DNA of 64,000 nucleotides from Oscillospiraceae bacterium (GTDB taxonomy: Bacteria; Bacillota; Clostridia; Oscillospirales; Acutalibacteraceae). Made by a program: the position numbers and the translations under genes. Below, in pieces: positions 56,719 to 64,000 of the stretch (its first letter is position 1; every line of letters begins with the position of its first letter). The stretch spans positions 46,886 through 110,885 of the forward strand of contig JAVBST010000004.1 of NCBI GenBank assembly GCA_031556545.1, in the 5' to 3' direction. Under the pieces are notes generated by a model. The model had not been told where the DNA came from, searched no databases, and worked only from the letters and a program-made list of their open reading frames with translations.

Positions 56719-58089
56719 TTAATCCCTTGTAAGTTTGTTGAGCCACCGGTGTTGCCGGAAGTGGAATGCGGCAACAGGAATTTTCAAGAATTCATCTAAG
56801 CAAAGCACCATATACACCATCACCGGCTCTACATGCCATACAAAAGCGCACAAATACCCGAGTGGTAGCATGACACCCCACATGATGACCGCATCGCACC
56901 AGAAGCCGAATTTCGTGTCGCCGCCCGCGCAGAATATACCACTGATCAACATGGAATTCATCGACATCCCCACACAATAACAGGCACATATGTAAAGCAT
57001 TCCGTTTAGATAGCCCCGTGCTGTGTCGGTTAAGTCAACAACTTGCAATGCCAGCGGTTTCATGAGCAGCACTGCCGCACCGGCTAACACGCCAAAAAAC
57101 AGCGCGTACCCATATAGTCGGCTCCCGGCTCTTCGGGCCGCTTGAAAATCACCCTTCCCCAGGTATTGACCCACCAAAATACTGCCGCCCCCGGCAATGC
57201 CCGTGCAGAAAACGAGGGCCAAATTTCTGACCACCACGGCAATTGAATTGGCGGCCACCATGTCGGAACTCACATGACCAATGATGGCAGCCGTGGCCGT
57301 CAAGGCACATCCCCAGACAATGAAGTTGGCCTGAACAGGCGTCGTGTAGCGAAGATAATCCTTAAAAAGATGGGAGTGCGTGTCATCGCGCGAGGGGAAA
57401 CGAAACCGGATATTCTTCCCTTTCAGGGAATGGACGACGCAGCATGCCAGTTCGACAAATCGCGCGCTGACAGTTGCCGCCGCCACGCCGACGATGGCGT
57501 TTTCCGGCGCGCCGGGGAATAGCACGAAAATGCTCACGGCGTTCAGCGCAATGTTCAGGAACAAGCACGCAGAACTGACAAGCGCACTAAAGCGCGCTTC
57601 CCCCCGGCTCCTGGCCACACAGAGATACATTTGCGACAGGCTCATCGCAAAATAGGAGAAGGAAATCACCCGCTGATAGCGGGCGCCGTATGCGATCAGC
57701 TTGGGATCAGCCGTAAAAACGCGCATCAGCCAATCCGGAAAGCCCATTGAGGCTATAAAAAAGACAAAGGATACCATCACTGAAAACATACAGGCGATGC
57801 TTAGCACCCGCTGCATGGCCCGAATATCATTTTTTCCCGCATATTGGGCGGTAAGGATGCCCGCGCCCGTGGACAAACCCAAATAGAACAACGTCAGCAC
57901 AAAGGTGATCTGCGCTGCCAGCGATATGGCGGACATGGCGGGCTGGCTGATTATGCCCAGCATAAAGACATCCGCCGAACTGACCATGGCCGAAATCAGA
58001 TTCTGCAGCGCAATAGGGATGACGAGCCTAAGCAGGATGCGATTAAAATGCCTTTGATCCGGGGCTATTCCCTCAGCTCCATTATTAAT
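56719..58089 (-). CDS. MATE/MOP-superfamily transporter; the annotated ATG (57987) truncates conserved TM1, so a non-canonical start is proposed
   Basis: 12-TM MATE-like protein. The frame stays open upstream of 57987 and reads INNGAEGIAPDQRHFNRILLRLVIPIALQNLISA, a typical MATE N-terminus, with no ATG/GTG/TTG. ATT at 58089 lies 8 nt after GAGGAGG. Confidence 0.6.
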   Translation of the reverse strand: MNNGAEGIAPDQRHFNRILLRLVIPIALQNLISAMVSSADVFMLGIISQPAMSAISLAAQITFVLTLFYLGLSTGAGILTAQYAGKNDIRAMQRVLSIACMFSVMVSFVFFIASMGFPDWLMRVFTADPKLIAYGARYQRVISFSYFAMSLSQMYLCVARSRGEARFSALVSSACLFLNIALNAVSIFVLFPGAPENAIVGVAAATVSARFVELACCVVHSLKGKNIRFRFPSRDDTHSHLFKDYLRYTTPVQANFIVWGCALTATAAIIGHVSSDMVAANSIAVVVRNLALVFCTGIAGGGSILVGQYLGKGDFQAARRAGSRLYGYALFFGVLAGAAVLLMKPLALQVVDLTDTARGYLNGMLYICACYCVGMSMNSMLISGIFCAGGDTKFGFWCDAVIMWGVMLPLGYLCAFVWHVEPVMVYMVLCLDEFLKIPVAAFHFRQHRWLNKLTRD

Positions 58090-58235
58090 GTCCCTTACCT
58101 CCTCATTTTTGCCTGGCCCGTATAGGGCCTTCTCCCATTATATTGGTTTTTCTCTTTAATTTCCAGTATTTTCATGTTAAGTGAAATGCGAAAAAGCGGA
58201 AAATATATGTAACGCATTTATTATAATTCTACAGC

Positions 58236-58264
58236 TTGAATTTCATGCACTACAGTGCTATAAT
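58236..58264 (+). promoter_or_regulatory. Consensus promoter for the LtaS-like gene pair
   Basis: TTGAAT, 17-nt spacer (ending in TGc), TATAAT. Confidence 0.55.
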
Positions 58265-58341
58265 ATTATTCGATTTTTTGGAGCAAAATGAAGCTTGAAA
58301 TCGAAACCTGTATTCTCCACATCAATTTAGTGAGGTGCTCT

Positions 58342-60057
58342 ATGCGTCAAAAATGGAAGACCCTGGTGAAAGAAGACAGACCCTTTCTTAAACGTCTGCT
58401 GCCCGCGCTGCTCTTAGCTTTTGCGCTGTCTTTCTCCTTTATTGTAATCGGGATTTTCGATCTTTATCTGAGTAATATCGGCAATTATCCTTTCGCTTTT
58501 TCTACGATCCTATGGCCCGTCATCGGATTGGGGGTTGCTTGCTTAGCCATTATCACCCTTGTTTTCATTATCCTGCGGGGCAAGTTCTATGATTTGGCTA
58601 TTTCCCTGGGCATTGGCGTTCTGCTGGCCGGCTACCTGCAAGGAAATTTTCTGAATATCAATTTGGGTGAATTAACGGGCGATACCATTCCGTGGCACTA
58701 TTATTCCAAAGAGGCAGTCCTAAATTCACTGTTGTGGATGGCAATCATCTTGTTGCCCTTTATCCTGTATTATTTTAGCCGAAAAGTCTGGCGCGCAGCC
58801 TGTGTTGTGCTTCCCATCATCCTGATTGGCATGCAAGTTGCCGGCATTGCCTCGGTTGCCATGTCGACCGACATCGCCGGTAAAGAACAGGAAATACAAT
58901 CGAGGATGCAAGAGGCCTACCTTTCGGACGAAGGGATGTTCGAAGTCTCCTCCAAAAACAATGTCATTGTGTTTGTACTAGACCGGCTGGATCAGAAATA
59001 TATTGATAAGGTCAATCGTTTGCATCCGGGGTTCTTTGATAAATTTGACGGTTTTACCATGTTTCCGGATCATATGTCCCTGTACTGCCGCACTTATCCC
59101 TCTGTTACTTATTTGCTGACCGGCGAAATCAGCTATTTTGACAAGCCCGCGGAAACATTCTTTACCGAGGCTTATCAAAAAGGCAAGTTTATCCCCACAC
59201 TGCGTGAAAATAATTATACCACAAAAATGTATATGGATGCCTATGCGGCATACAACAATGTCTCTAACTTGAATGGCCTGGCTGACAACATTAGATCTGC
59301 ACAAGGAGATGTGCAAATCCGGCTCCCTTCGATCATGAAAAAAATGGTGCAGTTTTCGGCTTACCGCTATGCCCCTCATATTGCAAAACCCAGCTTCTGG
59401 TTTTCGGAAGGCGAGTTTGCCAATACAGTTGTCTTTGACGAGGACACCCAATATTATGATAAGTCCAACGATGCGTGGGTTATGCAATCCCTGCAGGCAA
59501 AAGGCCTCACTGTACAAGACCAACAAAACAACTTCTCCTATATTCACTGGATAGGATGCCACCAACCTTCTTTAAACGAAAACGGGGACTATGTGGGGGA
59601 GGAAAATACAGACATTACACGCCATACCATGGGAGAATTCAATCTGGTATATGAATACTTACAACAGATGAAGGCCCTGGGCGTATATGATAATGCCACC
59701 ATTATCATTACGGGAGACCACGGTAAATCCGAAGACAGCCAAACATTAGGAACCTACAAAACAACGGGCTTATTCGTCAAGCCGGCCGGCAGCAAAGACA
59801 CCCCCCTGCAAATTTCTAACAAGCCTGTGTCGCATGCAAATTTTGAAGCCACCGTGCTGGAAGGCGCCGGCATTTCCAAAGATGGCTTTGGGCAATCTGT
59901 CTGGGATGTCCCCGAAAACGATTCCACGCCCCGGCGGTTTCTTTATAAGGTGGATGATGAACCCTACCGTCTGGAAGAATACGCGGTTACCGGGGATGCC
60001 AATGACTTTAGCAACTGGAAATGGATTCGGAACATTCCGATACAATATGATCATTAA
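58342..60057 (+). CDS. Membrane-anchored alkaline-phosphatase-superfamily transferase (LtaS / phosphoethanolamine-transferase-like), paralogue 1
   Basis: About 190 aa of TM helices, then VIVFVLDRLD, RTYPSVTYLLTG (candidate Thr nucleophile), IHWIGCHQP and IIITGDHGKSED. Confidence 0.7.
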   Translation: MRQKWKTLVKEDRPFLKRLLPALLLAFALSFSFIVIGIFDLYLSNIGNYPFAFSTILWPVIGLGVACLAIITLVFIILRGKFYDLAISLGIGVLLAGYLQGNFLNINLGELTGDTIPWHYYSKEAVLNSLLWMAIILLPFILYYFSRKVWRAACVVLPIILIGMQVAGIASVAMSTDIAGKEQEIQSRMQEAYLSDEGMFEVSSKNNVIVFVLDRLDQKYIDKVNRLHPGFFDKFDGFTMFPDHMSLYCRTYPSVTYLLTGEISYFDKPAETFFTEAYQKGKFIPTLRENNYTTKMYMDAYAAYNNVSNLNGLADNIRSAQGDVQIRLPSIMKKMVQFSAYRYAPHIAKPSFWFSEGEFANTVVFDEDTQYYDKSNDAWVMQSLQAKGLTVQDQQNNFSYIHWIGCHQPSLNENGDYVGEENTDITRHTMGEFNLVYEYLQQMKALGVYDNATIIITGDHGKSEDSQTLGTYKTTGLFVKPAGSKDTPLQISNKPVSHANFEATVLEGAGISKDGFGQSVWDVPENDSTPRRFLYKVDDEPYRLEEYAVTGDANDFSNWKWIRNIPIQYDH

Positions 60058-60122
60058 AAAGCGCACACCGATTGACTTATGCTACTTGATCCACTGTAGA
60101 AACAAGAAATGCGAGGTAATGT

Positions 60123-61841
60123 ATGAAGCTGAAAGTCAAAGCGCTCCTGCAAGATGACCGGCCTTTCCGCAAGCGCTTATTTCGAGCACTGTTACTGGCC
60201 TTTGCCCTCACTTTTACCTTCATCATCATTGGCATCTTTGATCTTTATCTGGTGAACATTGAGATTTACCCTTTTCCTCTCTCCGCTATTTTTTGGCCCG
60301 TTTTATGCCTGGGGGCCACTTGCCTGCTGGTGCTTTCAATAGGCTTGGCGCTGCTACGCGGCAAGGTCTATGATATGGCCATCTCCATAAGTGCAGGCAT
60401 CCTGCTGGCAGGTTATCTGCAGGGGAACTTTTTTGATCTGCATCTGGGGCAATTATCGGGCAATACGACCACTTGGCAGGATTATCTCAAGCACAGCCTC
60501 CCCAATGCTTTAATTTGGCTTGTTATTATCACGCTAGCTTGTGCTTTGTATCACTTCCACAAAAAAGCTTGGAAACTGGCAACCGTCGTATTGCCTATCT
60601 TGTTGATCGGCATGCAAATTGCAGGGCTTACTTCTGTGGCGATCGCCGCGGATGTATCTGTTAAGGCAAAAGAGGTGGCCGTACAGCCTCAAACGACCTA
60701 TCTTTCCACTAAAGGTATGTTCGAATTATCCACAAAAGACAATATTATCGTCATTGTACTGGATCGGCTGGACACTAAATATATTGACACTGTCAAATCC
60801 GAGAATCCCAACTTTTTTGAACCGCTGGATGGCTTCACCTATTTTTCCAACCACACTTCCCTCTACAGCCGCACCTACCCCTCGGTAACTTACTTGCTTA
60901 CGGGGAAGAAGTCCCACTTTGAAGAGCCGCCGGACACGCTTTTCAATGAAGCCTATCAAAACAGCACCTTCCTCCCAGAACTGCGCAAACACGGTTACAC
61001 CACAAAACTCTATATGGACGGATATTACACCTATTCCCACGCCCGGCAATTGGAGGGTTTGGCTGATAATCTGGGAACAACAACGCACACGATGCAGACG
61101 CAAACCATGCCCATTTTGGGGAAAATGGTGGATTTCTCAGCCTACCGCTATTCACCCCGTCTGCTCAAGCCCGCCTTCTCTTTGCAGGAAAGAGATTTTA
61201 ATAAATCCATTGCCATCCAAGGCGCCGACCCGGCCTACACCCCCAGTAATGACACTTGGATACTCCAACATCTGCGCGAAAGCGGCCTGACGCTGCAAAA
61301 CCGGCAAAACAATTTTGCCTATATCCATATGGTGGGATGCCATGAAATTGTATTGAATGAGCAAAGTGAGTGTGTAGGTGAAAGAAACACTAACATCGTC
61401 AAACATACCCAGGGAGAATTCAATATTGTCTATACATATTTGCAGGAAATGAAAAAGCTTGGGGTATATGACAACGCAACCATTATCATTACCGGAGATC
61501 ATGGCAAATCCGAGGATCGTAAAGATTTGCAAAACGGCGTCACCGTAGGGCTTTTTGTCAAGCCCAAGGGCAGCCATGGCACTCCTCTGCAGGTATCCAA
61601 AAGTCCCGTATCACACGCAAATTTTCAGGCCACCATTTTGGACGCCGCAGGCATTTCCACGGAGGGCTACGGTCAAACAGTTTGGGAAATTCCCGAAGAC
61701 GCCCAAATTACCCGCCAATACTTATATAAGGTTGATAAAGCCAACGGCCATTTTCTGGAGGAATATGAGATTAACGGGGATGCGAATCTTTGGTCCAATT
61801 GGAAATTCATCAAACGAACACGTATCAAATATGACCGCTAA
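60123..61841 (+). CDS. Membrane-anchored alkaline-phosphatase-superfamily transferase, paralogue 2
   Basis: Colinear with paralogue 1, identical at roughly half or more of positions by eye. Same motifs (IIVIVLDRLD, RTYPSVTYLLTG, IHMVGCHE, IIITGDHGKSED). The 65-nt gap has no terminator. Confidence 0.7.
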   Translation: MKLKVKALLQDDRPFRKRLFRALLLAFALTFTFIIIGIFDLYLVNIEIYPFPLSAIFWPVLCLGATCLLVLSIGLALLRGKVYDMAISISAGILLAGYLQGNFFDLHLGQLSGNTTTWQDYLKHSLPNALIWLVIITLACALYHFHKKAWKLATVVLPILLIGMQIAGLTSVAIAADVSVKAKEVAVQPQTTYLSTKGMFELSTKDNIIVIVLDRLDTKYIDTVKSENPNFFEPLDGFTYFSNHTSLYSRTYPSVTYLLTGKKSHFEEPPDTLFNEAYQNSTFLPELRKHGYTTKLYMDGYYTYSHARQLEGLADNLGTTTHTMQTQTMPILGKMVDFSAYRYSPRLLKPAFSLQERDFNKSIAIQGADPAYTPSNDTWILQHLRESGLTLQNRQNNFAYIHMVGCHEIVLNEQSECVGERNTNIVKHTQGEFNIVYTYLQEMKKLGVYDNATIIITGDHGKSEDRKDLQNGVTVGLFVKPKGSHGTPLQVSKSPVSHANFQATILDAAGISTEGYGQTVWEIPEDAQITRQYLYKVDKANGHFLEEYEINGDANLWSNWKFIKRTRIKYDR

Positions 61842-61892
61842 ATGACAACAAAAGCCTTGCTGATGGACTCAGCAAGGCTTTTGTGTTGTCAT
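61842..61892. terminator. Long bidirectional terminator between LtaS-like paralogue 2 and topB
   Basis: ATGACAACAAAAGCCTTGCTGA-TGGAC-TCAGCAAGGCTTTTGTGTTGTCAT. Confidence 0.75.
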
Positions 61893-61971
61893 TCGATATG
61901 TCTCTTGCCATAGCGAACCCCTCAGCGCTGTATGTCGCTTTTGTGTCCGGTAAGCCATAACCCAATCGTTT

Positions 61972-64000
61972 TCATCCCTTGTTTTGTTCCTTCCATTTTG
62001 CCAACTGATCGGCCAATGCGGAATTCCCAAAACTCTCCTGCTTCTGATTTGCCAAATAGCTTTTAATCGCGGCTTTGTTGGCGCCCGAGGAAGTTCTACG
62101 TTTTTCAAAATCCGCCATCCGCTCCCGGTAACCGCAGACACATACAAAGAGCCGCTTTTCGCCCTCGCCGCGCAGCTCCAGCTTCTTGTGACAATTGGGG
62201 CAACGGGCGTTGGTCTGCACCGCAAGGCTCTTGCGGTATCCGCATTCCCGATCGGGACAAACCAGCATCTGCCCCTTTTTGCCCTTAACTTCAAGCAGAA
62301 ACTTCCCGCAATCCGGACATTTTTCCCGAGTCATATTATCATGCACATACTTGGCGTCGCTCGCAATCACAGATGAAACCAGCTTGGCCGCATAGCTGCG
62401 CATGTTGGCAAGAAAGGCGTCACTTTTGGCCTGCCCCTTACTGATGAGCGCCAGTTGCTGCTCCCATTTTGCGGTCAGTTCGGCCGACTTTAAATCCGGG
62501 GGAACAATCGCAATCAGCTGAATGCCTTTAGAGGTAGGCATCAGCTCCTTCCCCTTGCGTTCAATGTAAAAGGTACTGAATAGCTTTTCAATAATATCGG
62601 CGCGCGTCGCCGGCGTCCCCAAACCACTGGTGGTTTGCAATACATCCCGCAGGGCTTTATCGCTGACCTGCCCGGTGGGATGCTCCATCGCGGAAAGGAG
62701 TGTCGCCTCCGTATAGCGGGCAGGCGGCTTGGTTTTGCCACTGACCAGACTGACGGAGCGAACCGTTAGCCGGTCTCCCTGTGACAGGGGCGGCAGGCTT
62801 TGTCCGTCATCCTCTTCTTCCTCTGGATCATTGGGGGCAGAGACGCCATAAACCGCTTTCCAGCCCGGATTTTTGACAATCTTCCCTTTGGCATAGAATT
62901 TCTCTTTGCCCAGGGTAATGGTCAGCTTGGTTTCCTCATATTCAAAGGGTGGTGACAAAACCGCCAGAAAGCGCTTGACCACCAAGTCATAAATATTGCG
63001 CTCTTCAGGTGATAAGCGCACCAGATCCGCAGGTTCCTCTGTGGGGATGATCGCGTGGTGATCACTAACCCGCTGATTATCGACGATGTAGCGAGTGGAG
63101 AGCGGCCTGGCTTTCAGGAGCTGAAAAGCCATTTTGGCATAGGGGCCCACCGCGATACTCTTGAGACGGTCAGGCAAGGTAGGGACGATGTCATCCGTAA
63201 TATAACGCGAATCCGTCCTTGGATAGGTCAAGAGCTTGTGCCGCTCATACAGCGACTGCATGAGCGAAAGGGTCTCCTTGGCCGAATAGGCATACTTTCG
63301 GTTGGCATCCCGCTGAAGTTCTGTCAAGTCATAGGCGGCAGGCGGCGCTTTGTGCTGATACTTCTTCGTTAGGCTCGTGACAGAAGCGGGTTTTCCCTGC
63401 ACTTCGGCCAGTATGCTTTCGGCTTTGCCGCGGTCAAACAGGCGCGACTCCTGCCGGTCATTCATCCACAGGGCCGAAAAGCCGTTACACTCTGCTTTTA
63501 TCGAATAATAGTCTTTAGGGACAAAATGCTTGATTTCCTCTTCCCGCGCCACAATCAACGCAAGGGTGGGCGTTTGCACCCGTCCGGCCGAAAGTTGGGC
63601 GTTATGCTTACAAGTCAGCGCCCGCGTCACATTTAAGCCGACCAGCCAGTCCGCTTCGGCACGGGACTGCGCCGACCAAAACAGATTGTCATAATCACGT
63701 GCGGGTTTGAGATGCTGGAATCCCTCACGGACCGCCTTCGCTGTCTGCGATGAAATCCAGAGGCGTTTGGCCGGCTTCCTGCATCCGGCTTTCATGAGGA
63801 TCCAGCGGGCGACCAGCTCACCCTCACGCCCGGCATCCGTCGCAATGATGATTTCGGAAACATCCGTGCGCTTTAGGAGGTTCTGCACAACCCGGAACTG
63901 TTTGCCGGTCTCCTTCATCACAACGAGCTGCATTTTCTCAGGCAGCATGGGCAGCGATTCCAGATTCCATTCCTTATAGCGCTCACTGTAGACTTCCGGG
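61972..64000 (-). CDS. topB: DNA topoisomerase III (type IA); 5' end beyond the window
   Basis: TOPRIM IIIATDAGREGELVARWI, active-site LTYPRTDSRYI, C-terminal zinc ribbons (CPDCGK...CPDRECGY, CPNCHKK). The frame is open to nt 64000. Confidence 0.85.
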   Translation of the reverse strand, partial: PEVYSERYKEWNLESLPMLPEKMQLVVMKETGKQFRVVQNLLKRTDVSEIIIATDAGREGELVARWILMKAGCRKPAKRLWISSQTAKAVREGFQHLKPARDYDNLFWSAQSRAEADWLVGLNVTRALTCKHNAQLSAGRVQTPTLALIVAREEEIKHFVPKDYYSIKAECNGFSALWMNDRQESRLFDRGKAESILAEVQGKPASVTSLTKKYQHKAPPAAYDLTELQRDANRKYAYSAKETLSLMQSLYERHKLLTYPRTDSRYITDDIVPTLPDRLKSIAVGPYAKMAFQLLKARPLSTRYIVDNQRVSDHHAIIPTEEPADLVRLSPEERNIYDLVVKRFLAVLSPPFEYEETKLTITLGKEKFYAKGKIVKNPGWKAVYGVSAPNDPEEEEDDGQSLPPLSQGDRLTVRSVSLVSGKTKPPARYTEATLLSAMEHPTGQVSDKALRDVLQTTSGLGTPATRADIIEKLFSTFYIERKGKELMPTSKGIQLIAIVPPDLKSAELTAKWEQQLALISKGQAKSDAFLANMRSYAAKLVSSVIASDAKYVHDNMTREKCPDCGKFLLEVKGKKGQMLVCPDRECGYRKSLAVQTNARCPNCHKKLELRGEGEKRLFVCVCGYRERMADFEKRRTSSGANKAAIKSYLANQKQESFGNSALADQLAKWKEQNKG

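Noticed and set aside
1-64000. Window-wide scan for CRISPR arrays, rRNA/tRNA genes, IS elements or transposases, integrases and known phage-defence genes
   Set aside because: I saw no regularly spaced direct repeats, no tRNA T-loop or acceptor signatures, no DDE or serine/tyrosine recombinase ORFs, and no restriction-modification, Cas, abortive-infection or toxin-antitoxin-like gene pairs. RecD2 and TopB here are in housekeeping contexts.

Overview
This looks like a chromosomal segment from a spore-forming Firmicutes/Clostridia genome (Oscillospiraceae/Ruminococcaceae-like gene content, mid-50s % GC judged by eye). I found no rRNA, tRNA, CRISPR array or intact mobile element. Nt 1-37,300 is densely packed housekeeping DNA. 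From 1 to 31.5 kb it is almost all on the minus strand: scpAB, prmC, a WalRK-like two-component system with an upstream lipoprotein, mreB, comFC, recD2, nrdR, mscL, secDF, asnS, two M42 peptidases, murD and a Ca-type P-type ATPase. At a divergent promoter near 31.6 kb it switches to the plus strand: coaX, an ECF S-component, a DUF421/DUF4363 pair, an ABC exporter and a radical SAM gene. Nt 37,800-62,000 is accessory-looking. It holds an endolysin(SPOR)/holin pair and a ~1 kb promoter-to-terminator unit with no intact ORF. A galactan/galactose locus follows (CBM32-GH53 galactanase, AraC regulator, galK, galT, GH43), then ugd, a 1238-aa GH97-like enzyme with an NPCBM domain, a MATE/MOP transporter and two tandem paralogous membrane-anchored LtaS/PEtN-transferase-like proteins. 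A partial topoisomerase III gene closes the window. The most notable observation is that the three secreted glycoside hydrolases, from unrelated catalytic families, all end in the same ~195-aa two-domain C-terminal module, which I cannot assign to a known anchoring or binding family. I saw no recognisable phage-defence, toxin-antitoxin or secretion system. All family calls rest on motif recognition by eye in the supplied translations; no database search or computation was run.
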